NCBI GenBank assembly: GCA_963663165.1
Contig: OY760175.1
Span: forward strand, 1,248,001 to 1,312,000
Reading direction: 5' to 3'
DNA length: 64,000 bases
Source: an uncultured Desulfospira sp.
Lineage (GTDB): Bacteria; Desulfobacterota; Desulfobacteria; Desulfobacterales; Desulfobacteraceae
The position numbers and the translations under genes are program-made. The notes under the pieces were generated by a model. That model saw only the letters and a program-made list of their open reading frames with translations. It had not been told where the DNA came from and searched no databases. This document shows, one piece after another, positions 38,170-48,502 of this stretch; the stretch's first letter is position 1, and every line of letters begins with the position of its first letter.

Positions 38170-38661
38170 TTACTGGCCGAGCCGTTTAACCATCACAAAA
38201 GCATCCACAAACCCCAGCCGGCTGTGCCGGTAAGCCCCCGGCAGGGTTCCCGCAATCTCAAACCCGTTTTTCTTCCAGAGCCGGACCGCCCCTGTATTGG
38301 TGGAGACCACCAGGTTGAACTGCATGGCCTTAAATTTTCGGGATACGGCTTCCTGTTGGGAGTGTTCGCACATTTTAGATGCAATGCCGCTGTTCCTGGC
38401 CTCAGTTGAAACAATATATCCGCAGTTGCAGACATGGCTTCCCGGCCCCGGGTGGTTGGGTTTGATATAGTATGTGCCCAGAATTTTGTGTTCGGTATCT
38501 TCTGCCACAAAAGTCGCCTGTGGCGTTTCTATCCATGCTTTCCTGGCGCCTTTTTCATCGATATCCACGGGATAGGCATAAGTTTCACCGGCCCGGAAAA
38601 CCGGTTTAATCATTTCCCAGACCGACGGCCAGTCCTTGTCTTCAAATAAACGAATATTCAT
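38170..38661 (-). CDS. GNAT N-acetyltransferase
   Basis: GETYAYP, GSHVCNCGY, MQFNLVVSTNTGAVRLW. Confidence 0.9.
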   Translation of the reverse strand: MNIRLFEDKDWPSVWEMIKPVFRAGETYAYPVDIDEKGARKAWIETPQATFVAEDTEHKILGTYYIKPNHPGPGSHVCNCGYIVSTEARNSGIASKMCEHSQQEAVSRKFKAMQFNLVVSTNTGAVRLWKKNGFEIAGTLPGAYRHSRLGFVDAFVMVKRLGQ

Positions 38662-38894
38662 ATAACCTGCTTGTTTTGTTGGTTGTCACCGGACTTGCCC
38701 CTCAATAGTATAATTTGGTGCAAAATGCCAGGCGAAAACACGGTGAATTTGTTCTAACCACAAATCAACTAATTTTAGGCCCTTCGGATTGTTAAAAATC
38801 GGATCTATACGCTGCCCATCGGCATCGATCATAACCAATTGAATTCATGTCATAATTTTTTACACAGGAGATCAAACTGATTCAAAGCGACCTG

Positions 38895-39352
38895 GACATC
38901 CAATGGATCCGGGCCCAGCACGGGGATACCATCCGCCTGATTCCGGTGGACCATGTGCTGGTGTTTAAATCCGCCGGCAAATACACCCGGGTCATCACGG
39001 CGGACAAAGAATCGATTATCCGCAAAACCATCCGGGAACTTGAAACCGAACTGGACCCGGAAAAGTTCTGGAAAATCCACCGGGACAGCATTGTCAACGT
39101 ATCCTGCATCGGGAAGGTCAGTAAATCTCTGACCGGCAAATCAATGTCATTAACTTAAGCGTTAATACAAGAAACTGGAAACAAGAGACAAGAGGGTGAA
39201 GCGCCGTTGGCGCCCATTTTATAACCCCTGCGCGCTATGCCAAATTTCTTAAATTAATGGCATTGACCGGCAAATATGTCCTTAAAATGAACGGGCTTGA
39301 CGAGCCCCTGATGGTCTCCCGCTCTTACCCCCATCTGTTTAAACAGAATGTA
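38895..39352 (+). pseudogene. LytTR response-regulator fragment interrupted by a MITE
   Basis: IQWIRAQHGDTIRLIPVD...FWKIHRDSIVN...TGK|YVLKMNGLDEPLMVSRSYPHLFKQ; no receiver domain. Confidence 0.85.
39142..39265. mobile_element. 124-bp MITE (IS4-like ends)
   Basis: 18-bp TIR CAATGTCATTAACTTAAG / CTTAAATTAATGGCATTG; 10-bp TSD ACCGGCAAAT at 39132-39141 and 39266-39275. Confidence 0.9.
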
Positions 39353-40929
39353 GTCACCGGCGTTGCCCGTACCGCCTTAATCCCAACAAAAACCCCTGAA
39401 AAATTGGCGGTTGACCTATGAGCATCCTTCATCGGTTTCACCATCACAATCGTTATCCACATCATCGCAAATTTCCGCTGCTCCAGGGTGGATGGCGCTG
39501 TCTCGCCTTCGCATACCCCACTCCAGGCATTATCTGCGGTACAAGTTTCAATACCGGTCTGGCAGGCGCCTTCGTCACTACCGCATATTCGGGTCTCTCC
39601 GGCTTCACATTCTTGCGGAGGACTGCCGAAAACCGGTTCCCACTGGCTGGCACAGTTCTCCCGGATACAGTCAAAATCATATTCAGCCGGATTCTTCCGG
39701 ATCGGACAACTACTGTTCACCATACATTGTCCCAAAGCAATGGCTGCTGCCTGACAATCTGATGAGGCTTGAGAGGCAAAGCAGCCGGCAAGGCACAGAT
39801 CCATATCCAATGTGCATTCCGATACACAGGCCATTGAAAGATTAATATCTTCATCGCTGCACATGGAATTGATGCAATGGTTATCGACCTGGCCGTCGCA
39901 GTTGCTGTCACTGCCATTGCAGCGTTCCCCGAAATAGGGATTCACGGCAAAGGATGTATCATTGCAGTCATCCGCATTGGCCACATATCCTTCCCGTTCC
40001 TGGCAAAGCCCAAGGGATACGGCCGGGTCTCCGGCACCGTCGCCATCCGTGTCTGCATACCAGACCGGTGAACCGGACACATTGTCATCCACGATACCAT
40101 TGCAGTCATTGTCCAAATCGTCGCATATTTCCGTTTCCGGCGTCACCTCTCCGACACAAGGGCCAAACCCGGTACCGTATTCATTGCAGGTCCGGATACC
40201 GGATGTACAGGCCGCCACCCCCATGGTTCCCGAAGGGCCGGTGTAACACTGCAGGAAATCTCCCTCATGGCATGCCGGGGCTGCCGGGGTGCCGCATACC
40301 CATCCGGATGCCGCTTGAACCAGAATTTCTCCTTCCTGGCAGAAACTGGCCAGTTTATCAGGGGTAATCGTCCGGTCGGCTAAAATTTCCCCAGTGACCG
40401 ATTGCTCGGCCAGATCATCTGTGCGGATGCTGTTGTCCACAATCATGTCCGAATGGATGACATTGGTCTCATCAATGTTGATATAGGTTGCGTTCAGGTC
40501 TGTGACCGTCAGACCGCTCAACTGATCGGCATTGCCGGCTTTCAGTGCAAATGCGGTGGAGACAATGGCCTGGCGGGGTGTCATGGGGGCTTCTTCATCC
40601 GCCGCCTGTACTTCCAGCCACAGCTCATCACCGGACAGAATGGCCTCCATTAATGTGCCATAGGCGGCATTGAGTTCGCCGTCCCCCAGAATGATGCTGA
40701 ATATGCCCTTATCAACAGCCACCTCCTGGGTTTCTTCCCAAAGGGGGGTGCCGCCATTGGCCATATCAAACAGCCGGAACGTCATCCCCACAGGGCCGGT
40801 AACCAGTTTATCCGTATTCCGGAGTACCCCTTGAAAGCCAATCCGAACCGGAACGGCATGACTGGTGGCAAACATAAAAAACAGAAGACAAAATACAAAA
40901 AGTGATAACCTCGGGATATGATATCTCAT
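39325..40929 (-). CDS. Secreted Cys-rich protein with MopE-related (ExCDxxDNDCxG) repeats; last repeat frameshifted
   Basis: Signal peptide, FQGVL...LWEETQ domain, EICDDLDNDCNG, WYADTDGDGAGD. Confidence 0.8.
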   Translation of the reverse strand: MRYHIPRLSLFVFCLLFFMFATSHAVPVRIGFQGVLRNTDKLVTGPVGMTFRLFDMANGGTPLWEETQEVAVDKGIFSIILGDGELNAAYGTLMEAILSGDELWLEVQAADEEAPMTPRQAIVSTAFALKAGNADQLSGLTVTDLNATYINIDETNVIHSDMIVDNSIRTDDLAEQSVTGEILADRTITPDKLASFCQEGEILVQAASGWVCGTPAAPACHEGDFLQCYTGPSGTMGVAACTSGIRTCNEYGTGFGPCVGEVTPETEICDDLDNDCNGIVDDNVSGSPVWYADTDGDGAGDPAVSLGLCQEREGYVANADDCNDTSFAVNPYFGERCNGSDSNCDGQVDNHCINSMCSDEDINLSMACVSECTLDMDLCLAGCFASQASSDCQAAAIALGQCMVNSSCPIRKNPAEYDFDCIRENCASQWEPVFGSPPQECEAGETRICGSDEGACQTGIETCTADNAWSGVCEGETAPSTLEQRKFAMMWITIVMVKPMKDAHRSTANFSGVFVGIKAVRATPVTTFCLNRWG

Positions 40930-41454
40930 AGATCACTCCTCGCAAGCTAATTTATAATTTGTCTTCAAGATTAGGACATTACCATAAAACAGGGGGTTTC
41001 TTTTTGTCAATCAAACAATGACAGGAAAAAGTAAACAGAAGCGGGAAACATGGCCGCACCCGGCCAACCGCCGTGCGGTCGATTAGAAAATTTGAATTGG
41101 CAGGAATTGAATCCCCCTGGGTACAAGCAATACAGCTCGCCGGCTTGATGATTTAAAACGTGTAGCCGTACAGGAAAGGTCCGGGGGGGAGGGGGGGGCA
41201 AGCGAAAAGAACTTGGGCGAAAGGTAGTCTTCACCTCAAACCCTTGATTCAATATTTCATATTTTCGATCCAGGTCACCAATAACAAAATTAGTCACGCC
41301 TTTACTGGCAAGGGCTAAACGCCACATAACAGATAAAGTCAACGGTCTTCTGTCCGGCATTGAAAGAGTTTTAATCATGTGAAGTTAAAAAGCTGTATAT
41401 TATATTAAAAGCTATGTATTATATATTGGTATAAAAAAATTTGAAGAGCCTGCC

Positions 41455-41691
41455 ATGCAAAGAAATACCAGTGTCACCTTGGGTGATCATTTTTTCGACT
41501 TTATCAAATCAAAAATTTCACAAGGCCGTTTTGATAATACAAGCGAAGCAGTTCGTGCGGGTTTGCGGCTTCTGGAAGTTGAGGAAACCAAGCTGGAAGC
41601 GTTACGCGCAAGACTGGCTGAAGGTGAAGCGCAGCTTGACAAAGGACAAGGGGTTGACGGCCAATCTTTTATGGATGAATTGATCGGCTGA
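41455..41691 (+). CDS. ParD-family antitoxin
   Basis: NTSVTLGDHF...GRFDNTSEAVRAGLRLLE. Confidence 0.9.
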   Translation: MQRNTSVTLGDHFFDFIKSKISQGRFDNTSEAVRAGLRLLEVEETKLEALRARLAEGEAQLDKGQGVDGQSFMDELIG

Positions 41692-41692
41692 C

Positions 41693-41828
41693 ATGAATCA
41701 ATATATTCTTTCTCTCAATGCGCAAAAGAGTTTGCGTGACATCAAAGCCTATTCACAGGGCAATATATGTTGAACATGAGGATGAGATAATGATTGAAGT
41801 CATAGAGGTGAATAAACATGAGTATTAA
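41693..41828 (+). pseudogene. Fused toxin remnants (ParE-like 5' end plus RelE/HigB-like 3' end)
   Basis: MNQYILSLNAQKSLRDIKAYS, then in another frame RAIYVEHEDEIMIEVIEVNKHEY*. Confidence 0.65.
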
Positions 41829-42117
41829 AGAAACACTTTCCGCAAAATTGGAAAAAGAATATGGGCCTGTCACTTTTGGCCGTGCGCTCTGGCCGTATCG
41901 GAAGGGTGAAGAAATGACTCAGACCGAATTAGCACATACCTTGGGTATATCATCTTCAAGTCTCTGTGACTTAGAAAAAGGACGTACTATACCCACTGTT
42001 CGCCGAGCCGCTAAGCTTGCTAAACAGTTAGGCCAATCTGAGAAAATGTGGGTCCAGTTGGCTGTTCAGGATTCTTTTGACGACGCTGGATTGAATTATA
42101 GAATTTCTGTGGCATAA
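41818..42117 (+). CDS. Xre/HigA-like HTH antitoxin
   Basis: MTQTELAHTLGISSSSLCDLEKGRTIP. Confidence 0.85.
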   Translation: MSIKETLSAKLEKEYGPVTFGRALWPYRKGEEMTQTELAHTLGISSSSLCDLEKGRTIPTVRRAAKLAKQLGQSEKMWVQLAVQDSFDDAGLNYRISVA

Positions 42118-42524
42118 TTTTTATAAAACAAAAAATTGACCAAGCACTTGGTATTTATAGTCACTCGAGCCAATTTAGAATCAGCGTTCAATGACAGAAG
42201 CATTGTAGGGGGTGTTAAAAATTCCTGACGGAGGATTATGTCAAAAATAAAATGCAGTGAAGGCCGGATTCAAAGCCCCGGACTGTTATTAATATTCAAC
42301 TCTCTGAAATTAAATATTTTTAAATGTTTTTGATTTAGGCAATGAGTCTCACACAAACTCTATAAGTCCTTAAAACCTTAAAATAAGGGTTTTGAGCTCA
42401 TCACAATATACAGGGGCAGCCGCTTCCCGACGGCAGGAAGGATTATAAAAAAATTTACAAACGGTATCAGAATACCATGCCGGATTACAAATGCAGCTGC
42501 CTTGTTTGATGTTTGCCCAAACTC

Positions 42525-42553
42525 TTGACATAATCAAAACTTTTAAATATTAC
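42525..42553 (+). promoter_or_regulatory. Sigma70-like promoter
   Basis: TTGACA-17 nt-TATTAC upstream of the AraC leader. Confidence 0.55.
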
Positions 42554-42612
42554 TCCACCAGTATCTGCCTGAAGGCGGATCGTTTATTTCTGCTCAGCAA
42601 TTAAAAAGACTT

Positions 42613-42669
42613 AAGCCACGAAGGTTTAGTGTTCCGGATCCCCCGGATCAGCCTTTGGTGGCTTTTTTT
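42613..42669 (+). promoter_or_regulatory. Leader terminator/attenuator-like hairpin
   Basis: AAGCCACGAAGG...GCCTTTGGTGGCTTTTTTT; similar to 43957-44010. Confidence 0.55.
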
Positions 42670-42751
42670 GTTTATGGCGCGGAACCGGGGGAATTGTTTT
42701 TGTTGCTGATATCAGTTTGGATTTTCCATTGTCCCGTGGAGGAGACACAAG

Positions 42752-43777
42752 ATGATTCGATACACTACTGTAAAAGAAAAGCGTCAGAACGCCTCAAACT
42801 CCGTGAAAACGCCTTCTTCAACCGGAGAGGTCGATATTGCCCATGAAGGCGGCCCCGGCGGTTCAATTTTTAAAACCATGAGCATCCGGCCGGGAATTAA
42901 AATGATCTTTGCCGACCATGAGGTGGGCCAACGCCTTGAAATGGACTATGAAATTGACCTGGCCCCCATCAGTTTAAGCTATGCCATGTCCCAGCGAATC
43001 CGGAGCACCATGACCAGCGGACCCCGGGGAAAAACGGTTATTGAACGGTCTCCGGGCGACAGCGTACTGGCCTATCTGCCCAAAACCCGGGGAACCAACC
43101 AGATCTTGTCTAAGGGACGTCTCTTAGGGGTTTCTTTTCATTTCAGCCCCCAGGTGTTTTATGAACTGTTCACTGACCTGCCCGGGTGCCTGAAAGGCCT
43201 TTGTTCTGTGTCCGGCACCCCTAAAGGACAACGGTTTTATCAGCAGTCCCGCTTTGATAAGGAAACCCTGCTGGTCCTCAAACAAATTCTGGTTTGCCCA
43301 TATGAAGGGGAGATCCAAAGGCTTTATTTTGAATCCAAAGCCCTGGAACTGGTGGCACTCAAGCTTGCCGAACTGGAACAGGGTCACAGGGTCCCGGATT
43401 CAAACCGCCGGGATCTGGACCGGGCAAGAGAGGCATACCACATCCTGCTGTCCGATCTTGACCATCCGCCGAGCCTCATTGACTTAAGCCGCCGGGTGGG
43501 CATCAACCGGAACAAATTAAACCAGGAATTCAAGGCATTATACGGTGATACCGTGTTCAACGTACTCCGGAATGCCAGACTTTCCGAAGCCTGGTCACTG
43601 TTAAAGCAGTCCGATAAGAGCCTGTCGGAAATCGCTTTTTCAGTGGGCTACAACAACCAATCCAACTTTACCACGGCTTTCCGCAAAGAATTCGGGAAAA
43701 CCCCGAAAGAGGTTCGCCAGGATGTGGCCGTCGAGCCTTTGCCGCCCCATGTCCGCAAGCCGGCCCTGGCCCGGTAA
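42752..43777 (+). CDS. AraC-family regulator (PchR/YbtA-like)
   Basis: LYFESKALEL, PPSLIDLSRRVGINRNKL, EIAFSVGYNNQSNFTTAFRKEFG. Confidence 0.92.
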   Translation: MIRYTTVKEKRQNASNSVKTPSSTGEVDIAHEGGPGGSIFKTMSIRPGIKMIFADHEVGQRLEMDYEIDLAPISLSYAMSQRIRSTMTSGPRGKTVIERSPGDSVLAYLPKTRGTNQILSKGRLLGVSFHFSPQVFYELFTDLPGCLKGLCSVSGTPKGQRFYQQSRFDKETLLVLKQILVCPYEGEIQRLYFESKALELVALKLAELEQGHRVPDSNRRDLDRAREAYHILLSDLDHPPSLIDLSRRVGINRNKLNQEFKALYGDTVFNVLRNARLSEAWSLLKQSDKSLSEIAFSVGYNNQSNFTTAFRKEFGKTPKEVRQDVAVEPLPPHVRKPALAR

Positions 43778-43956
43778 ACCAAGCCCGATTGGGGGCTCTG
43801 TGAGACAGGTTGACGGCTGAGCATCGGGAGGGGGCATCCTTCAGCCTGCCCCCCTTCAGTCTAAATCCCTCATGAATTTGTGCGGCATTCATAAAAAAAC
43901 ATGCCGTGTTCAAAAGACAGAACCTGCCGGAATAACGTATCTACATCACCACAAAA

Positions 43957-44010
43957 AAGCCATGAAGGCTTAGCATCGCTGTCACCAGGGGTGCGCCTTC
44001 ACGGCTTTTT
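43957..44010 (+). promoter_or_regulatory. Leader terminator/attenuator-like hairpin
   Basis: AAGCCATGAAGGCTT...GCCTTCACGGCTTTTT upstream of the TonB receptor. Confidence 0.55.
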
Positions 44011-44068
44011 GCATTTTGGGGCAAAATAGTGGAGATCAACTGATTTTTTTTAAAAAAAGGAACAGAAA

Positions 44069-46219
44069 ATGAAGATAAAGAAAAACGTGTTCGCTGCTGT
44101 TTTTTTAGGGATACTGCTGTCCGGCACGGCAATGGCTGAAGAAAAGAAAATCAATGAACTTGAGGATGTTGTGGTCACGGAAACAACTCAGCGAAAGCCC
44201 ATTGCCCATTCCCCGGAAAAGACCGTCATTGACATAGGTTCCTATGAAATCACAGGTGTTGCAAAGAATATCGCGGATATCATCAGGGATCAGCCGGTGA
44301 TCGACTTCAGGGGCGCCTCGGATCTGGTGCCCGGTGACCTGGTGGACGGCGACGACACCGTCTGGATGCGGGGATTTGCCAGCAACCGCTTTGTAACCGC
44401 CGTAGACGGTGCCAATATCCATAAACCCGGCGGCCGGAACACCTTTCATGTGGTGGATTATTCACTGCTCCCGACTTTTCTGGTCGAGGAGGTTGAAATT
44501 CTGCCAGGACCGCACTGCGCCCTGTATCCGGGCATGAGCATCGGCGGGGTGGTCAACCTGATCAGCCGGCCCCCGGGCCGCTATAATTCGGCAAAACCGG
44601 ATGTATCGGTTACCACAAGCTTTAAATCCTACAACACCCAGAACCACAGCGCTTATGTCCGGGGAGGTATGGGTGATTTCATCTATGACGCAGGCTACCA
44701 GAAATACAGTACAGACGGATATCTGAGAAACGCTGAAGCAGATATCGACACATTTTTCGGCCGGATCGGCTATATCCTGCCGTCAGGGGGCTATATCACC
44801 CTGACCGCTTCCCACACCGATGCCACCAAAGAAATTCCCGTAAAAAACGACCTCTCTACAGGAGATTATGACGGCGGTTTTCCCAATGTAACAACCTCGA
44901 GTTACTACGAGTGGCAAACGCCCCAATGGGATGAAACCGCTGTATCTTACCGGCTCAATTACAACCAGCCGACCCCGATCGGTGTCTGGGACCTTAATGC
45001 CTATTATGGTGAGGAGGAATGGGAAAAGACCGTTCTTCGCCAAAATCAATCCGGAGCGTATTATGATGCCGGGTGGACCGGGACATGGTACATGCAGGGG
45101 GGTAAACTTACGGATACCATTACATTTTCAGACCGGCACCAGACCATTATCGGTACAGACATAGAGCAGTTCTTTGATGGTTTTGATACAAAACTGGGCT
45201 CGCCGGCTGCGTTTGATGATGAAAAAAGGGTGGAACTCAAATCCTGTTTTGCCCAGCACAAGTGGCAGATTATTCCGCGCCTGACACTGACTGCAGGACT
45301 CCGGTATGAACAGGCCGACATCCGGATCGACAACATGTCTTCCAGTACCGGAGCCCTGCTGATCACCGGAAAACCCCGATGGATTGAGCGAAGCTTTGAT
45401 GACGTTGCCCCCAAATCCTTCCTTACCTATGAGCTGGATGATATGGCCGAAGGCCTCAGGGACACCGCCGTTTCTGTGGGGGTCAGCAGAATCTTTCGGG
45501 CTCCGATTAATTTCGGCGATTTTAATCCCCGAGGGATGCCGGCCGGCGCATGGGTGGACCCGGAACACGGCATCGGCTATGACTTTGTTTTCTCAAGACG
45601 GCTGGTTAAAGACATTCAGCTGAAAATCAATTACGCCTACTATGAAATCAAAGATTACCTTGCCTGGAACTGGGATTATGCCCGGTACACCCCAAGCGGC
45701 AGCAACCCGGTCACGCCGGGCATGGAATACCAGGACTATATCATCAATCTTGACAAGGTCACCCGGCATGGCCTTGAAGTGCAGTTGACCGGCCATCTCA
45801 TGGATGATCTTTCCTTTTACATCGGATACGCCTATCAGACATTTGACAGCAAGGGCGGAGAACCGGCCGGGGAAACGGCCGTGGATGATATGGCCAAAAA
45901 CAGGGTTAACGCCGGCCTGCGCTGGCAGTTATTTGAAAATACCCTGGTGCTGCTTGATTATAAATACCAGGATGAGCAGGTGGTCCAGAAAGGGGAAGAG
46001 GTCACCCCGGATGAATGGGTGTTTACCCGGATTCCCATGGACGCCTATCATATATTCGACCTGGCAATCCAGCAGACCCTTTTCAAAAACCGGGGACCTT
46101 TAAAAAAGGCGTCCCTGAAGGTCTATGTCAACAATCTGTTGGATGAAGATTATGAAAATCTAAGCGGCTATCCGGCCACGGACCGGACCTTTGGCGCAGC
46201 GTTGAGTTTTGAGCTTTAA
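44069..46219 (+). CDS. TonB-dependent receptor
   Basis: Signal peptide, EDVVVTE TonB box, plug VEILPGP...GGVVNL, terminal NNLLDEDY...LSFEL. Confidence 0.92.
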   Translation: MKIKKNVFAAVFLGILLSGTAMAEEKKINELEDVVVTETTQRKPIAHSPEKTVIDIGSYEITGVAKNIADIIRDQPVIDFRGASDLVPGDLVDGDDTVWMRGFASNRFVTAVDGANIHKPGGRNTFHVVDYSLLPTFLVEEVEILPGPHCALYPGMSIGGVVNLISRPPGRYNSAKPDVSVTTSFKSYNTQNHSAYVRGGMGDFIYDAGYQKYSTDGYLRNAEADIDTFFGRIGYILPSGGYITLTASHTDATKEIPVKNDLSTGDYDGGFPNVTTSSYYEWQTPQWDETAVSYRLNYNQPTPIGVWDLNAYYGEEEWEKTVLRQNQSGAYYDAGWTGTWYMQGGKLTDTITFSDRHQTIIGTDIEQFFDGFDTKLGSPAAFDDEKRVELKSCFAQHKWQIIPRLTLTAGLRYEQADIRIDNMSSSTGALLITGKPRWIERSFDDVAPKSFLTYELDDMAEGLRDTAVSVGVSRIFRAPINFGDFNPRGMPAGAWVDPEHGIGYDFVFSRRLVKDIQLKINYAYYEIKDYLAWNWDYARYTPSGSNPVTPGMEYQDYIINLDKVTRHGLEVQLTGHLMDDLSFYIGYAYQTFDSKGGEPAGETAVDDMAKNRVNAGLRWQLFENTLVLLDYKYQDEQVVQKGEEVTPDEWVFTRIPMDAYHIFDLAIQQTLFKNRGPLKKASLKVYVNNLLDEDYENLSGYPATDRTFGAALSFEL

Positions 46220-46241
46220 ATGCCCCTCTTTTGGAGACCCC

Positions 46242-47378
46242 ATGAACCGGAAAACCATTTTCCCCAGATTTAACCGGAACCTTTATGCGGCCGGGCTGAT
46301 CCTGATCTTTTTTCTGATGTCCGGCTGTACGGACCAGCCGCCGGCCGGAAACCGGCCCAAAGATCAAAAAGAAATCACAGACGCCATGGGCCGGCAGGTG
46401 ATGGTTCCTTCCAAAATTAACCGGGTGGTGGATCTCGCGATGCTCGACGGGACGCGGACACTGCTGGAACTTGGGGTTTCAGACAAAATTGCCGGCGTAA
46501 ATGATGATGTTAAACATTTTATGTACGGGGAACGGGGCCAGAATTTTTCATGCTGGTTTGCCCCGCCAAAGGTGGCGCCTCAATTAAAAGACCGTTTAAG
46601 CGTGGGAAGCTGCCGGGAGCCCAATGTTGAGCTGATCAAATCCCTGGAACCCGATATCATCCTGGCGTCCGGATCTTTTTCGGTACTGGCCGGGCCCCTT
46701 CAGGAACAGACCGGTGTGCCGGTGGTCTGCATTAAAAGTTCGGGATGCCTTGATTTAGAGATGATCCGCCTGGCCGGGGAACTGATGGGCCGGCAGGCAA
46801 GGGCCCGAACGCTTATTGACTATACCCGGGAAAAGGTTGAACAGATAACCCGAATCAGTTCAAAGATTCCGGAAACAAAACGGGTGCGCGTTTTCTTCTG
46901 GGGATGGCCGGTTCAGGAATCCCCTAAAACCATTGCGCCCTATGATCCCATTGACCTGGCCGGCGGGGTGAATGTGGCCATGCAGGCCAGGATCAAGCCC
47001 TATGAAATCTTTGATATTACCAAAGAGCAGCTGGCGGTATGGAATCCGGATATGATCCTGCTTCAGTGGTGGACCCCGAAAAAGATCGGGGTCCGCATTG
47101 AAACGATTCTGTCCGATCCGGCCCTTCAGACGGTTTTTGCGGTAAAAAACAAGCAGGTATTTTATTCACGCAGTTTTATGAGGGGATGGGATCCCGCCAT
47201 GGGGCTGTGTGAAGTGGTTTATATGGCCAAACTGTTTTATCCCGAATGGTATCCGGATCTTGACGTTGAAAAAGAGGGAAACGACATTTTGAAACAATTT
47301 TACGGGAAGGACGGCCTTTATACGGATTTTGTCTCCAAAAGCGAACTTCACCGGTGGACACAGGCGGCAGACCATTGA
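46242..47378 (+). CDS. ABC substrate-binding lipoprotein (Fe-siderophore/B12 class)
   Basis: Lipobox MSGC, PNVELIKSLEPDII, AVKNKQVF. Confidence 0.88.
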   Translation: MNRKTIFPRFNRNLYAAGLILIFFLMSGCTDQPPAGNRPKDQKEITDAMGRQVMVPSKINRVVDLAMLDGTRTLLELGVSDKIAGVNDDVKHFMYGERGQNFSCWFAPPKVAPQLKDRLSVGSCREPNVELIKSLEPDIILASGSFSVLAGPLQEQTGVPVVCIKSSGCLDLEMIRLAGELMGRQARARTLIDYTREKVEQITRISSKIPETKRVRVFFWGWPVQESPKTIAPYDPIDLAGGVNVAMQARIKPYEIFDITKEQLAVWNPDMILLQWWTPKKIGVRIETILSDPALQTVFAVKNKQVFYSRSFMRGWDPAMGLCEVVYMAKLFYPEWYPDLDVEKEGNDILKQFYGKDGLYTDFVSKSELHRWTQAADH

Positions 47379-48502
47379 GCTGCCGGGAAGACGGCATTCT
47401 TTCGGGGAAAAAACAGCCGGGCGCCCGATGGATTCAAGATCAATGTATGCCCGATGTCTTTGCCGAATATAACCGGTATGCCGCCCAGAAGCGGCGGTGG
47501 CTTCTGGCACTTCTGGCGGCCGTGGGACTGCTGGGCACCGTTTTCATTACTCTGGGGCCTTTGGACATGACCGTGTGTGAGGTTTATGCCACCATCCTGA
47601 ACCGGTTTTTCCCGGATTATTTCTCAACTTCCGGTGAGCTTGCCCAAAGAACCGTATGGTACATGCGGCTGCCCAGGCTTCTTATGGGGCTTTGTGCCGG
47701 TTCCGGCCTGGCCGTTGCCGGTGCCGTGATGCAGCCGGTGCTCAGGAACCCCCTGGCAAGCCCCTTCACGTTAGGGATATCGGCCGGCGCCGGCTTTGGT
47801 GCCGCCATTGCCATCCTTTTCGGCAAAGGCCCGGGCTTCGGCAGCTGTGTTGTGGTGCTGAACGCCTTCGTGTTTGCTCTGGGCACCGCCTTTACCATTT
47901 TGGGGCTGTCCCGGTACAAGGGGGCCGCACCCGGGACCATGATCCTTGTGGGCATCGCCCTGTCGTATCTTTTTTCGGCCGGGACAACGGCCATGCAGTA
48001 TTTTGCCGATTCATGGGCGGTGGCAGAGGTGGTATTCTGGATGGTGGGCAGCCTTGCCCGATCCACCTGGGGGAGCCTTAAGTTCGTGATTCCCGTCATG
48101 CTGGTCTGTATCCCGTATCTTCTGTCCAAATCAAGAGACCTTAATGTGATGACTGCCGGGGATGACGTTGCCCAAAGCTTAGGGGCAAACGTTGGGCAAA
48201 ACCGGATCATGATGTTAACGGCGGCCGCCTTTTTAACGGCCACCATTATCTGCTTTACCGGAACCATCGGGTTCATCGGCCTTGTGGCGCCGCATATTTC
48301 CCGGATGATTTTCGGCGCGGACAACCGCTTTGCCGTACCCGGGGCAGGCTTAACCGGGGCCCTGCTGCTCACGGGATCGGATATGGCGGCCATGCATATC
48401 ATTGCGCCCACGGTCATCCCCATCGGGGTAATGACATCGTTTATGGGCGTTCCGCTGTTTATCTATTTAATTATGAAAAACAGGAGCGACTTCTGGCAGT
48501 AG
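47354..48502 (+). CDS. FecCD-family ABC permease
   Basis: RLPR, RNPLASPFTLGISAGA, GTIGFIGLVAPH. Confidence 0.92.
   Translation: MDTGGRPLSCREDGILSGKKQPGARWIQDQCMPDVFAEYNRYAAQKRRWLLALLAAVGLLGTVFITLGPLDMTVCEVYATILNRFFPDYFSTSGELAQRTVWYMRLPRLLMGLCAGSGLAVAGAVMQPVLRNPLASPFTLGISAGAGFGAAIAILFGKGPGFGSCVVVLNAFVFALGTAFTILGLSRYKGAAPGTMILVGIALSYLFSAGTTAMQYFADSWAVAEVVFWMVGSLARSTWGSLKFVIPVMLVCIPYLLSKSRDLNVMTAGDDVAQSLGANVGQNRIMMLTAAAFLTATIICFTGTIGFIGLVAPHISRMIFGADNRFAVPGAGLTGALLLTGSDMAAMHIIAPTVIPIGVMTSFMGVPLFIYLIMKNRSDFWQ

Noticed and set aside
41007..41378. 123-aa ORF with a poly-Pro run
   Set aside because: No recognisable motif; arises from a G-run in intergenic DNA
42560..42700. Cobalamin riboswitch
   Set aside because: No B12-box or GGGAA...GCCCCCGC-type consensus visible
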